Source: Candidatus Hermodarchaeota archaeon
GTDB lineage: Archaea > Asgardarchaeota > Thorarchaeia > Thorarchaeales > Thorarchaeaceae
Direction: 5' to 3'
DNA: 64,000 nucleotides
Assembly (NCBI GenBank): GCA_048885865.1
Contig: JBHLLF010000014.1
Location: 1 to 64,000, forward strand
Positions 36,423 through 47,501 of this stretch are shown piece after piece (position 1 is the stretch's first letter; the number at the start of each line of letters is the position of its first letter). The position numbers were made by a program, and so were the translations under genes. Below the pieces are notes generated by a model. It made no database searches. It had not been told where the DNA came from and worked only from the letters and a program-made list of their open reading frames with translations.

Positions 36423-38432
36423 CTATTTTTCACACTCATGACAACCTGCATAGAGAACCTGCTCTCCGCCCAGACATCCATCTCTGAATACTGTTGTCCC
36501 CTTGAGCTTGAGTTCATCTGCAAGCAGGAATATCTTCTCGACATCTTCAGTAGTGGCAGTGTTCGGAAGGTTGACCGTCTTGCTCACAGCGTTGTCAACA
36601 TGTTTCTGAAATGCAGCTTGCATGCGGATATGCCATTCAGGGTCTATCTCATGCGCCGCTTTGAAGACCGCCTTGACATCATCAGGTACCTCTTTGATAT
36701 GTTGTACGGATCCCGTTTTGGCGACCTCATATTCAATATCATCACTCCAGAAGCCCTTCTCGATCGCAATTCTCTCAAAGAGTGGATTGACCTCGCTCAA
36801 ATGCACTCCCTCCGCAAGCCTTCGACTATGGGCAATAGCGAAGAGGGGTTCGATACCACTACTGGTCTGAGCGATGAGGCTAATGCTTCCAGTTGGAGCT
36901 ACAGTGATGAGGCTCGCATTCCGTTTCCAGTTGTTGCGTTTCTTTAGGAGCGCGAAGTTCTCGAAGTTCCCTCTGATCCTTGCCAAATCAGAAGACGCCC
37001 TCTCTGCCTTCTGTCGAATGAACGACATGACTTCCTCGGCTTTCTCAAGTCCCTTTACAGAGTCGTAGGGAATTCCCAGTTTAATCAGGAGCTCCGCGAA
37101 ACCCATTATGCCAAGGCCAATCTTCCTGTTTGTTTTGGTGACCTTCTCAATCTCCGATACAGGATACACATTCAGATCAATGATGTTGTCTAGGAAACGA
37201 ACAGCAAGTCGAATGACCTCTTCGAGTCTCGACCAGTTTATTTCACCTTCTTGGACCATTCTCGAGAGATTGATACTTCCCAAGACGCATGACTCGTATG
37301 GCAACAAGGGTTGCTCCCCACAGGGATTGGTTGCCTCAATTGGGTCCCCCTTAAGCGGATGCTCATCATTGATGCGATCAATGAAGATGAGGCCTGGGTC
37401 TCCAGTGCTCCAAGCATTGTGGACAATTGTATCAAATATCGCTCTAGCACTGATACTCTGGATTGCTTCTTTCGTGTGAGGCGCGATGAGGCCGATCTCT
37501 CCTTCATTCCGAAGTGCCTCAAGGAATTCCGTGGTGAGGGCAACAGAGATGTTGAAGTTCCTGAAGGACTGCTTGTCTGATTTGGCCGAGATGAACTCCA
37601 TGATATCGGGATGATCACAGCGGAGAATGGCCATGTTTGCACCCCTTCGACGACCCCCCTGCTTGATGATGTCTGTGGCTGTATCATAAACTTTCATGAA
37701 TGAGATTGGGCCGCTGGCTACTCCTCCTGTGGTGCCTACAGTTGACCCCTCCGGTCTCAAGCGGGAGAATGAGAAACCAGTACCCCCTCCAGACTTCTGA
37801 ACCATAGCCATATGATATAGTGAGCCGAATATCGAGTCCATATTGTCTTCAACTGGAAGCACGAAGCATGCGCTGCATTGGCCGATTTCAGTCCCTGCAT
37901 TGAACAGAGTCGGACTGTTCGGGAGAAACTCTAGATTGGCCATCATATAGTAGAAGAGGTCGTCGTACTCTTCCACATCTGCACTTGCATCATACTGCCT
38001 CTCGACACTAGCCACAGCTCCAGAAACTCTTCTGAATAGCTGGGAAGGGGTCTCGGTGGGATTGCCATCCTCATCTTTCAGAAGATACCTGGAGAGAACC
38101 GTGGCAGCATTAGGACCAAACTTGAGATCATCTACAACTCCCATCATTTGGAGAATCTTTCTTGCCTCATGATGCTTCTCTCGATATTTCATGTATCGAC
38201 GGGCAATCTCTGTAAATCCACGTAACATGAGTGTGTCTTCAACTATGTCTTGAATCTCCTCGATATGGATGACATCTCGGTCCTGTTCAGAAATGATCTG
38301 GACTACTTCCTTTGTCAGACCCCGTACAGGAGTAGTATCAGCATTGATTGATTGGAATGCTTTTGTGATTGCTGCCTCAATCTTTGAATCGTCGAACTCT
38401 ACTATTCTCTTGTCTCGTTTCTCAACCTTCAA
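36423..38432 (-). CDS. nrdJ: Class II (B12-dependent) ribonucleotide reductase with ATP-cone
   Basis: VEKRD ATP-cone, PNSPTLFNAG, SACF, NPCGEQ, APTGSIS, C-terminal CxxC; no intein seen. Confidence 0.93.
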   Translation of the reverse strand: MKVEKRDKRIVEFDDSKIEAAITKAFQSINADTTPVRGLTKEVVQIISEQDRDVIHIEEIQDIVEDTLMLRGFTEIARRYMKYREKHHEARKILQMMGVVDDLKFGPNAATVLSRYLLKDEDGNPTETPSQLFRRVSGAVASVERQYDASADVEEYDDLFYYMMANLEFLPNSPTLFNAGTEIGQCSACFVLPVEDNMDSIFGSLYHMAMVQKSGGGTGFSFSRLRPEGSTVGTTGGVASGPISFMKVYDTATDIIKQGGRRRGANMAILRCDHPDIMEFISAKSDKQSFRNFNISVALTTEFLEALRNEGEIGLIAPHTKEAIQSISARAIFDTIVHNAWSTGDPGLIFIDRINDEHPLKGDPIEATNPCGEQPLLPYESCVLGSINLSRMVQEGEINWSRLEEVIRLAVRFLDNIIDLNVYPVSEIEKVTKTNRKIGLGIMGFAELLIKLGIPYDSVKGLEKAEEVMSFIRQKAERASSDLARIRGNFENFALLKKRNNWKRNASLITVAPTGSISLIAQTSSGIEPLFAIAHSRRLAEGVHLSEVNPLFERIAIEKGFWSDDIEYEVAKTGSVQHIKEVPDDVKAVFKAAHEIDPEWHIRMQAAFQKHVDNAVSKTVNLPNTATTEDVEKIFLLADELKLKGTTVFRDGCLGGEQVLYAGCHECEK

Positions 38433-38605
38433 TGTGCTTCCTCTCCGGCAGATGATCTCTCACATGTTCAAACGCTCGTTGCGCTATAAGCCTCTCTATT
38501 CAATCCTCTCAATCTGGCTCCTTGCAAAGACTCACTAGATTGATAAGCTGGAAGATGGAGTCCCATGGCTATTCGAACGGTCAAAGGATTTGAGGTGAGA
38601 ATGCA

Positions 38606-39823
38606 GTGAGTGAAGAAGCCAAGAAGATGTACACACCATTCGTCCTTCGAACTGGTTTCATGCACAGCTACAACCGAACAATCCCGCTCCTCGGTTTAGC
38701 AGTCATATTGGAATTCATCTTCTGGAGCTTGGGCAACTTCTGGCCTCGGTTTAGCGAGCTGGGCTATGAGCGATGGGGTATCATTCTCATCCTTGCTCTC
38801 ATATTGCCGGTTGGAGTATGGGCAATAAGAAATATAGTTTCAGACTATGATGACCTCTTCGATGTATTTGACAAGGAAACCGAAGAGAATCTGAAGCTAT
38901 ATCGAAGCATGGACCGTCCGCCCTCAGAGACTCAGGATGAGGTGAGGGACCTCTTCAGGAACAAGGAATCATACGAGTCCTTTCGCGATGGTGTACGAGA
39001 TATCATCTTTGAAAAATGGGTTGAAATTGGAGTCTTCACATCCATTGGCATCGTGTATATTGTCATATTCACCACAAGCATCTATCCAAAGATGCTCGGG
39101 GCAGCTCATTCAGTATACCCTCTTGTTATACTGGAAGTTGTAGGCGATGTTCTCTCAACATTGCTTATGACATTATCAATTTCACTTCTGGTCGTATTCG
39201 GCTTCGGGTATTTGCTTGCAATATCTCATTTGGGTAGTTTCCGAGATGAATTTGGCGTTTGGAACTATATCCGGCATTTGCGTGGAATGTCGGGCGATGA
39301 CGGATCATTCATGTCATATTGGAAATTCTTTGATTGTATATCAATGATAGGCCAGCACTTCTCACGAGTAGCGTTCCGTATTGTCTTACTCATGGTACTT
39401 GCGGCACTTTCTCAACTGCTCTTTGGGCCCCCTGGACCTGCGATATGGATTATTGCTGGATGGAGTATACTCATTGGTGTACTCATTCTCTCCCTCCCGT
39501 TGAATTCACTCCATAAGGTCATGGCAGAAACAAAGAATGCAGTGATGAAGGAGTTGGATGAAGAGTACGACAATCTAACTTTAGGATTCGTTTCTCAACT
39601 TCGTGAGGCACGTCGAAGTAAGATGAACAATCGCCATGAGAAAGAGAGTGTGGAATTGGCCACAAAACTTACTGCTCTACGCGGAATCATACAGGAAGTC
39701 AATCAATACAGAGTCTGGCCAATTGAATTCCCTATCGTGTTGAGAATCTTGGTAGCATCCCTGATTCCGCTACTAGTCACAATCCTAGATGTTATGCTTA
39801 CCTTATGGGGGATTATCTCATGA
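38606..39823 (+). CDS. Polytopic membrane protein
   Basis: Long ORF with several TMs. Confidence 0.8.
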   Translation: MSEEAKKMYTPFVLRTGFMHSYNRTIPLLGLAVILEFIFWSLGNFWPRFSELGYERWGIILILALILPVGVWAIRNIVSDYDDLFDVFDKETEENLKLYRSMDRPPSETQDEVRDLFRNKESYESFRDGVRDIIFEKWVEIGVFTSIGIVYIVIFTTSIYPKMLGAAHSVYPLVILEVVGDVLSTLLMTLSISLLVVFGFGYLLAISHLGSFRDEFGVWNYIRHLRGMSGDDGSFMSYWKFFDCISMIGQHFSRVAFRIVLLMVLAALSQLLFGPPGPAIWIIAGWSILIGVLILSLPLNSLHKVMAETKNAVMKELDEEYDNLTLGFVSQLREARRSKMNNRHEKESVELATKLTALRGIIQEVNQYRVWPIEFPIVLRILVASLIPLLVTILDVMLTLWGIIS

Positions 39824-39913
39824 AGAGCCTAGACAGATGAGTCTAGAGAATATTATCCCTTCAAAGCTGTTTTCTCGCAACGCATTTTAGATGGATTTCG
39901 TGGTCCCTCAGAC

Positions 39914-40333
39914 ATGCCAAAGGTAACTGTCGTCGACTTCATGGGAGAAGTTGTGAAGGAATTCGACGTCGAGGAAGGAGCAAAGCTTCTCAAGGCCCTT
40001 ATAGAGCATGAGATTGACATAGTCCATTCTTGCGGTGGGAGGGCGAAGTGCACCACTTGCAGAGTGACTGCAAGGAAGGGAATACCTAGAAAGGTGACTC
40101 AAGCCCAGAAGGAGATCTTTGAGAGGAAGATAGAGTCAGGTCAGCCTCAATTCGATGCCCCTCAGGTGTTCCTGTCATGTCAGGTACTAGTGGAGAAGGA
40201 CATGACAGTATCCGTATCAGAGGAGTATAACGAAATAATCCATGACAGCAGAGGAAGAGACGTAGAGGAGGAAATCACGCCGGACCCTGTTTGGCAGGAT
40301 CATGAAGTGCCAGATTGGCTAGGCGACGGTTAA
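39914..40333 (+). CDS. 2Fe-2S ferredoxin
   Basis: CGGRAKCTTC...LSCQ. Confidence 0.92.
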   Translation: MPKVTVVDFMGEVVKEFDVEEGAKLLKALIEHEIDIVHSCGGRAKCTTCRVTARKGIPRKVTQAQKEIFERKIESGQPQFDAPQVFLSCQVLVEKDMTVSVSEEYNEIIHDSRGRDVEEEITPDPVWQDHEVPDWLGDG

Positions 40334-40393
40334 TCGTTTCACTGTAAGACTCAAATCAGTCAAAGAGGATTTCAAACCCTATCCCTACTTGAA

Positions 40394-40726
40394 TTGGGAT
40401 TGAATTCGCGCATCAGGGAATATGATTGGGTGAGAGAAATGGAAGACTCGCTTAGAGATATGCTCAAACATGGCAGGAAGTTTGAACGACTCAGGACCGC
40501 AAAGCCGGGATTATTCATCAGAAAGATACCTCAGACAAGAGATGAGCCAGCCTATCTAGCTGTTGAAATCAACCCGATTAGTCAAAACGGGAAACCAATG
40601 TATAAGATAGGTCCGCTCATAAGAAAACAGACTGAACTTGATGCCATCAGGGTGATTATAACCCAGGAAGATGTAGATGAATTGCTTCAGACGATAGAAA
40701 AGGTAAACCATCAGCGAGCCGATTGA
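40394..40726 (+). CDS. Hypothetical protein
   Basis: ORF; start probably near 40439. Confidence 0.65.
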   Translation: MGLNSRIREYDWVREMEDSLRDMLKHGRKFERLRTAKPGLFIRKIPQTRDEPAYLAVEINPISQNGKPMYKIGPLIRKQTELDAIRVIITQEDVDELLQTIEKVNHQRAD

Positions 40727-40748
40727 TTGCTATGGCATGGGAACAATC

Positions 40749-42416
40749 TCAATTTGTCAATTCCATTCCACACTTCTGACAGAACTGTGCACCTGCCTCA
40801 ACACCCGCTCCGCACTTGGGGCATTTTCCTGAATATCTACTCCAGACCGTGAGCAATCTCTCAATGTCATCAGTCTGAAGAAGTCTTCTTCCTAGAAGAT
40901 TCTCTAGACCTTGCACTAGTGCTTGCTCTGCTTCAGCCGCCAGCAGCATGTTTCCTCTTGTACAGGCACGCTCGAAGGACTCCTTGAAGGATTGGTCATT
41001 CTGCAGCAATTCATCTATCAAGGCATGAAATGCATCATCAAACTCCTTGCTCAACGTATTGCCTGTCCCCATGTTCAATAGACTCTCCTCGGGCAAGAAA
41101 CAAGATGTGAGCACTCGATAAGACTGATTGTCATATTTGACCACATATGTGTGTACATCGAAAAGCGTCAATGGAGAGAGCTCTCTGACTGAATTGTTAT
41201 CAAGCGTCCAGTTCATTAGTTTGAGGAACTCCTGCTGAAAATCCAAGACTCGCTTCTCGATTGACTGTTCAGACTGGCTTATAGCTGCCCTTACCTGAGC
41301 GTTGAGATCCTCAAGCTCTTTTGTCTTGAGCTCCGTTTCACTTCCGGTAGCCTGAATCCTTCTTTGAAGCTCTTGAATCTCTGTCTGCAGCGAGGTCTCT
41401 ACATTCATCTTGTCTGATTCGAATTTTGATTGAGCTTCGGCCACATGTTTCTCAAGGGACGCCTTCTTCTCATTCATCATATTCAACGGCTGCTGACTAT
41501 TTGCCAGGGTTCCCTTCAGTGAGCTAACGAGATTGTTGTAGACTGAGATTGCACCTTCCGTATCTGCTTCCTTCTGGCCAATCTCCAAAATTGCTTTTCT
41601 GACCTCTTCGGCAACCCCCGTAAAGAACTGCTCAAGGTCGTTCATGGATCTGGAAAAGTCTGCAACCATTGCTCGTAGATTCATCTTATGTTTCTCACGC
41701 AATTGATAAATCTCGTTCTCTTTCTTCTCTTTGAGCCTAGCAATGTCTTGCCTTGTTCTCTCCTCCATCGTTCTGACGCGTTCGCCCCCTCTCTCATGCT
41801 CCAGTTTTGTGATGTTCTCTAGAATCGTGGTTTGAGCCCCATAGTTCTCTCTGATTAACCTCCGCAAGGTTTCTGCTGATTCAATACGTAGCTTTGCAGA
41901 CTCGGAGATTTTCTTGAACTCCTCAGATCGCTTCAGAGCGACATTCGAGTCGGTCCGGATTTCTACTCTATTGGGTTCGGCTGTAGGGCTAGAAACAAGA
42001 ACGAAATTTCCAATTGGCTTGATGAATGATGGCTCAGCCAGACCAGCAACGCTAGTTGTGTGGTGCTCAACATTCTCAAGGAGGGGCTGTATCTTTGATG
42101 CAACAATAGGAATGTCTGATGCTTGAGACAATTCAGAGCTAATTATCCTTCTCACTTCACTTGCACCCTTCATATCAGTGAATTGAAACTCTGTAGTCCT
42201 ACTACTGGAAGCATTTAGGGCAATTGATTTCGTTGGCGAAGTCTGCACAATCCAAAATGGGAACGAAACACTGCTTAAGCCAATTATCCTAGCATTTTGT
42301 GCCTTCTGAGATTCTGCAGATGCAAGTGCAGCAGCTAGACACACGCTTTCCGACTCTGCTACAACCCTAGTGCCTTCTTTCTTGAACAAGAAGTTTAGAT
42401 ACAAAGTTCGAACCAT
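40749..42416 (-). CDS. Coiled-coil protein with C-terminal zinc ribbon
   Basis: Long E/K/Q-rich helical region; CPKCG...FCQKCG. Confidence 0.85.
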   Translation of the reverse strand: MVRTLYLNFLFKKEGTRVVAESESVCLAAALASAESQKAQNARIIGLSSVSFPFWIVQTSPTKSIALNASSSRTTEFQFTDMKGASEVRRIISSELSQASDIPIVASKIQPLLENVEHHTTSVAGLAEPSFIKPIGNFVLVSSPTAEPNRVEIRTDSNVALKRSEEFKKISESAKLRIESAETLRRLIRENYGAQTTILENITKLEHERGGERVRTMEERTRQDIARLKEKKENEIYQLREKHKMNLRAMVADFSRSMNDLEQFFTGVAEEVRKAILEIGQKEADTEGAISVYNNLVSSLKGTLANSQQPLNMMNEKKASLEKHVAEAQSKFESDKMNVETSLQTEIQELQRRIQATGSETELKTKELEDLNAQVRAAISQSEQSIEKRVLDFQQEFLKLMNWTLDNNSVRELSPLTLFDVHTYVVKYDNQSYRVLTSCFLPEESLLNMGTGNTLSKEFDDAFHALIDELLQNDQSFKESFERACTRGNMLLAAEAEQALVQGLENLLGRRLLQTDDIERLLTVWSRYSGKCPKCGAGVEAGAQFCQKCGMELTN

Positions 42417-42578
42417 ACAACACGCCGCCTTGATGAATCTCCAAGATTCAAGTGTAGTTATGCCTTTTTACGAAGTATAGCTGATTCTAGCAGAAGAAGG
42501 CGCCCGCTATTAGAGGGGCCCAATTGGGATCTAGTTTGAAACTACTTGGCGGAAGACTCGAATTAATCGTTCAGTATC

Positions 42579-42782
42579 TTAGGGAGATTTCCCCTCTGGC
42601 ATCGCTTTTGAAGCTGGCACTCCCCCGATTCCCCAATGGGCTTTTTGTATCTCATGGATGATGACTTCAACAGCTCGTTCTGGAATCCCTAAATCAACAA
42701 AGACGTTTGTGATTCCCGAGATGATTTTCTCCGCTGCCTCTTCTGACAGACCTGTCCACATCTTAACATCAACAACTGGCAT
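42579..42782 (-). CDS. 4-oxalocrotonate tautomerase family
   Basis: MPVVDVK N-terminal Pro; VEVIIHE...HWGIGG. Confidence 0.88.
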   Translation of the reverse strand: MPVVDVKMWTGLSEEAAEKIISGITNVFVDLGIPERAVEVIIHEIQKAHWGIGGVPASKAMPEGKSP

Positions 42783-42955
42783 GAGTTGTCCTTGAATCTT
42801 AGAGATTTATGTAGTTCTGATTTCGTAGCGTGTAGGATTCCATGGTGCGCTGGCGTAGCGCCAAACAGATGCACTTAGTCAAGTTGCTCTGAGAGTGATG
42901 ACTACCGTTGAAAAGAAGATAACAAGAATTAACACGCTGTTCGCTTTTCTAGGAG

Positions 42956-43831
42956 ATGGACACTATGAAGATTGCAGTCATTGGAGTCCCTTTCAATGGA
43001 GACGGAACACCTCCTAAGATTGAAAACCCTCCTCAATCGTTCAGAAACGAGGGATTGGTTGCCCTACTAGAGAATAAAGGGCATCATGTGACTGATATTG
43101 GCGATCTATCTGTTCCATCATGTACAAATGAGAGAGATTTCAAAACGAAAGTGCTCAATTTTGATGCGTGGCAAGATGTGTCTCTTGGGCTATCAAAGAA
43201 ACTAGTTGATTTGCTGGACAAGGGAGCTTTTCCGATTGTGCTTGCTGGAGACTGTAGCGTTTTGATGGGCATTTTTGATGGATACAAGGCAAGGAATTTC
43301 CCTTTGAATCTCTTCTTTCTTGACGGGCATGCCGATTTTCACGATACTGACACCACTCCGACGGGCGAACCTGCAGACATGGAATTGGCCGCTCTAACAG
43401 GGTATTTGCAGAAAGAGATTGTGACTATGACGAGTAGAGGTCCACTGTTGGATGAAAAGAACGTAGTTGCATATGGGATAAATGAATACGACTTGATTGA
43501 AACGTCGAATATTGCAGTAATTGACCGCAGGTCAATCCTAGATGAAGGTATAGAATCCACCTTTTACACAAGTCTCAGCTCATTTCAAGATTCCACTTTA
43601 CCAATATGGCTTCACTTTGATGTTGATGTTTTGGACAAAGAGATAATGCCAGCCATTCATTATCCAGTTGAAAATGGTCTTTCATACGATGAGGCTCTTG
43701 AGTTATTCATTCTTCTTGCGAAAGCAAGGCAACTGGTCGGTATCAGTGTCGCCTGCTATCATCCGAACCTCGATCTTGACAAAAGCGCGATTAGGGTACT
43801 CCTTTCGCTCCTTGATGATCTCCTCGAATAA
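42956..43831 (+). CDS. Arginase/ureohydrolase family
   Basis: GDCS, DGHADF, HFDVDVLD. Confidence 0.9.
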   Translation: MDTMKIAVIGVPFNGDGTPPKIENPPQSFRNEGLVALLENKGHHVTDIGDLSVPSCTNERDFKTKVLNFDAWQDVSLGLSKKLVDLLDKGAFPIVLAGDCSVLMGIFDGYKARNFPLNLFFLDGHADFHDTDTTPTGEPADMELAALTGYLQKEIVTMTSRGPLLDEKNVVAYGINEYDLIETSNIAVIDRRSILDEGIESTFYTSLSSFQDSTLPIWLHFDVDVLDKEIMPAIHYPVENGLSYDEALELFILLAKARQLVGISVACYHPNLDLDKSAIRVLLSLLDDLLE

Positions 43832-44044
43832 TGGGACAGAGAACATTACTGAGAGCTGTACAGGGCTTTGGGAAGGAACAGGCTTGCTCCACTTTGCCTC
43901 TTTTTCTTTGTCATAAGTCCGCATTCACATCATCCTTGTGATACTGCGTACATCGATAGGGTGCGGTAGAAATAGGAATTCACGTTATTTGATGGAGTGA
44001 ACAATGGCAGCAGAAGCCACCAAGCTTATCGGAGCTGCGGAGAT

Positions 44045-44389
44045 TCATCCCTTTTCGAATATTCCCCATGATACTCCGTACAGGTACTCCTTCTCTTTCA
44101 AAGGAAGAAAGCCAAACCAGCGCACTTTCATCCCTCTTTTCTTCGCCCTATCCTTCAGAAAGCCTGGTGTCAAATCCTCGATATGGTCAAGCTTCTCCTG
44201 CAGCATTCCTTTTCCCTTTGGTGGAAAGCCCTTGCCAGCTATACAACCATCGCACCACCCCTCAAGCCAAAGCATTCTATCCTTTCCTTGTATTTCTGCC
44301 ATTATCTTGCTTGGCTCTGGTATATCAGGAACGAGGTTTGCTACAAGACTGATGAGATCATTTATAGTAGGAGAATCAGTAGAGTTCAT
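44045..44389 (-). CDS. Hypothetical protein
   Basis: 114-aa ORF with WCDGC. Confidence 0.6.
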   Translation of the reverse strand: MNSTDSPTINDLISLVANLVPDIPEPSKIMAEIQGKDRMLWLEGWCDGCIAGKGFPPKGKGMLQEKLDHIEDLTPGFLKDRAKKRGMKVRWFGFLPLKEKEYLYGVSWGIFEKG

Positions 44390-44509
44390 GTTATCACAGA
44401 CATAACATATTGGATGACCGATATTTAATTAGTGGTTGAAGCAATACGCCGCCGTTGTACCCAAAATAAAAGTGCAAAGCATCGATCATAATTCCCAGTG
44501 GAAAGGTGA

Positions 44510-45274
44510 ATGCAATTGTCAGAAGTCACATTCGGGTCAGCTACTCTTCCTCGCGTTCTTTGTGGGACAAGCCCTTTCATGGGTGCAGGGCAGTTTGGAC
44601 TAGCAGGACAAGAATGGCACAGACGCTTCTTCAATCATCCGGAAAGAATGAGTGAGATGTTTGAGCATTTCTGTAGACTGGGATACCCAGGCGCTCATGT
44701 GACTGGCTATCCAACAATAGTTGAGGCTGCCCGACTGACAAAGGAGAGCTACGACCTCAAAGTCGCTGTATCACTTCTTCCTGAGAACTGGGAGGAGAAC
44801 CTGAGAGAAGTAATGGTGCTAGATCCAGAAGTTGTCTTTGTCCATGGAGCAATGACTGACAGGTTCCTGGACAAGCGCTTGGATGACCTAAAAGCATGCT
44901 TCGATGCCATTAGAAACATGAATTCATTTCCAGGCCTAGCGACTCACGATACATGCCATACCCTCAAAGTGCTACAGTCGGAAGATAGTCCCTTCAAAGA
45001 CGAGTCTTTCGGACTTCTCCTCCCAATCAATCGAACTGGCTATAGTATAGGTGGAACCACCACAGAGATGGAAGACCTTCTCCGTGCGCTAGAGAATCAA
45101 CATCCTGTGATGGGGATGAAGGTCCTTGCTGCAGGGAAGATATCACCTCAGGAAGCACTGGATTATGTGTTTGGCGTTCCGAATGTTCGCACGGTGACAG
45201 TTGGTGTCACTGAAAAATGGCAGGCGGCCCAGATTGCTGAGATAGCAGATTCGGCTCATTCAGAATTGACTTGA
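44510..45274 (+). CDS. Aldo/keto-reductase-like TIM-barrel protein
   Basis: GTSPF.GAGQFG, GLATH, MKVLAAG. Confidence 0.75.
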   Translation: MQLSEVTFGSATLPRVLCGTSPFMGAGQFGLAGQEWHRRFFNHPERMSEMFEHFCRLGYPGAHVTGYPTIVEAARLTKESYDLKVAVSLLPENWEENLREVMVLDPEVVFVHGAMTDRFLDKRLDDLKACFDAIRNMNSFPGLATHDTCHTLKVLQSEDSPFKDESFGLLLPINRTGYSIGGTTTEMEDLLRALENQHPVMGMKVLAAGKISPQEALDYVFGVPNVRTVTVGVTEKWQAAQIAEIADSAHSELT

Positions 45275-45321
45275 ACAGGAAACGTATTACAATGTTTAGG
45301 CTTCGACTCTTCAGAGATAAG

Positions 45322-46245
45322 TTATGATAGGTGCTCATCAATCAGCTCATCTCTGAAATCAGGAAAATACATCCACTCCGGGACAAGCATCTGATGAGTA
45401 ATCTCAGTGCCTTCAAGTAATGACAACAGCTCAGACCGAAGAGGAGCTACCTGCTTGGATGAGTCAATCACAAAGGTAAGTGCGAGTTCTGGTTGATTTG
45501 CTATTCTGAAGCTAAGCCAGTACTTTTCGCCAAATCTCTCTCGGAACATTTCTTCCAATTCATAGTGGTCAGTCGCACCGATTGCCGAACTCCTCAACAC
45601 AACCATTACTACGAATCGATGTTCAGTTGCCGCAGGATTGATCTGGATTGTTTCATGAATGAGGTTGTGTTCTCGCATGAAATTAAGTCGCTTTCTGACT
45701 GTAGGCACCGATGCACCCACATCAACTGCAATGTCACTCAATGCTTTTCGTCCATCCCACTGAAGTGACTTCAGAATCTTCCAGTCGATCTTCTTTAAGG
45801 TGTCAATTCCTTTCGCAGAGCTCCTATCGATGGGGGCAGGTGGACCAACGACAGGATAGGCTTGAGCGCTCTCAACATGCTCGGAGGATTGAAGATGGTC
45901 AATAGCTCGACTTAGTTCATCGTTGGTTCTGTAGACGGCAATGGCAAATCCCTGCGGCTCAAAGCCGACACCCAAGGCCATGATGAAGGGATGATTGCCC
46001 AGACCGATGAGGTCGTTGGGTTTCGTGTTCGTCCTAATATCAAGCATAACGACTGCAAAACTGGCCTGCAGTGCTTCGAGTGGCAGCTGCCCTACGAACC
46101 TTAGAATCACTCCTTCCTCGACTAGTGCTTCAACTCGATTCTTTATTGTCGTCAAGGAAACGTCGAATCTCTCAGCTAATTTAGAGAATGACGCCCTACA
46201 TTGGTATGACAGCTCACTCAGAATGAGTCGATCTAAGGCATCCAT
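45322..46245 (-). CDS. Double-domain Lrp/AsnC regulator
   Basis: MDALDRLILSELSYQCRASF plus IDWKILKSLQWDGRK. Confidence 0.87.
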   Translation of the reverse strand: MDALDRLILSELSYQCRASFSKLAERFDVSLTTIKNRVEALVEEGVILRFVGQLPLEALQASFAVVMLDIRTNTKPNDLIGLGNHPFIMALGVGFEPQGFAIAVYRTNDELSRAIDHLQSSEHVESAQAYPVVGPPAPIDRSSAKGIDTLKKIDWKILKSLQWDGRKALSDIAVDVGASVPTVRKRLNFMREHNLIHETIQINPAATEHRFVVMVVLRSSAIGATDHYELEEMFRERFGEKYWLSFRIANQPELALTFVIDSSKQVAPLRSELLSLLEGTEITHQMLVPEWMYFPDFRDELIDEHLS

Positions 46246-46318
46246 CGCAGAATCACATCAGTTTTTCAGAATCTAAAGGTTTCACTACAGAATCAGAAAG
46301 GGTGTCTTATAATTTGGG

Positions 46319-47335
46319 TTGATTTCTTCAGTCCTGCGTGGCCAATGTTTCTTCTATCATTTCTTCATGCTATTGATTAGATTAACACTAAAGGTGAATC
46401 AAAAGTTGAAGAAAAGCACAATCACAATTGTTGCAGATCCCGATGAATATTCAGCAGACAACTCAAAGAGCATTGGCGATTACATTAGGAAACATCCTGT
46501 AGCCTACTACACTCTTGTAGCATACCTAATACCCTGGCTAGGTAGTCTCCTACTTGTGGGTCCCAAGTTTCTGAGAGGAGAAGTCGTTGGACTAGCTGAT
46601 GGTATGCTTATGTGGCTGACGATGATAGCAGGTCCCTCCATCGCAGGTATCTCCTTGACGTACCTCGTTGATGGAAGAAGGGGGCTTGGTCACCTGTTCT
46701 CGCGAATGAGGCGTTGGAGAACTGGTGTATCATGGTATGCAGTTGCACTAATGCTCCCTCCGATCCTCATCCTATTCGTTCTCATATCGATGTCAATCCT
46801 AGTTTCCCCGGTTTATGCTCCAGGGCTACTTCTGATTGGTGTCTCTCTTGGCCTGATAACGGGCTTCTTTGAGGAGATTGGATGGATTGGATTCCTCTAT
46901 CCGACACTTAAGGCAAACACTAGTTCACTCAAGGCTGCAATAGGTGTTGGATTGATACACGGGGGCTGGCATTTTATGGCAGCTTTGCTTGGCTCCAGTC
47001 AATGGCTTGGGGTGTATTTCATCCCCTATTTCGTGTCAATGTGGATGGTGGCAATGGTTGCCATGAGAGTTCTGCAGGTCTGGGTCTATAACAGCACGGA
47101 CGACAGCGTCTTGATGATACAATTGATGCATGGAAGCTCTACCGGCTTTCTGATGACTTTCACTCCTGTTATTCAGACTCCTGCGACAGAAACGACCTGG
47201 TTCTTCGTCTTCGCAGTGGTCATCTGGATTGTTGCAGCGATGGTCATCAGGAAATACGGCACATCACTATCGAGGTCCATAAAGGACACAATAGATTCTG
47301 TGTCGGGTCCTGAGTCTTTAACACACGAGAAATAG
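46319..47335 (+). CDS. CPBP intramembrane protease
   Basis: EEIGWIG, HGGWH, YNST..S...LMH; true start probably further downstream. Confidence 0.88.
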   Translation: MISSVLRGQCFFYHFFMLLIRLTLKVNQKLKKSTITIVADPDEYSADNSKSIGDYIRKHPVAYYTLVAYLIPWLGSLLLVGPKFLRGEVVGLADGMLMWLTMIAGPSIAGISLTYLVDGRRGLGHLFSRMRRWRTGVSWYAVALMLPPILILFVLISMSILVSPVYAPGLLLIGVSLGLITGFFEEIGWIGFLYPTLKANTSSLKAAIGVGLIHGGWHFMAALLGSSQWLGVYFIPYFVSMWMVAMVAMRVLQVWVYNSTDDSVLMIQLMHGSSTGFLMTFTPVIQTPATETTWFFVFAVVIWIVAAMVIRKYGTSLSRSIKDTIDSVSGPESLTHEK

Positions 47336-47501
47336 AAACTCTACTTCTCGTCATTTTAGTGGGAGAGGGCTGCTCCCTCTCCTCTACTCTTTTTATTGAG
47401 AGATGCAGAATCCTTACTGTCAAGACCAATATCCATTGCCAGGATGATGCCGATGGCCTGTGGTACGGTGGGATTATATGTAGGCCTTATGCAAAGTCTG
47501 C

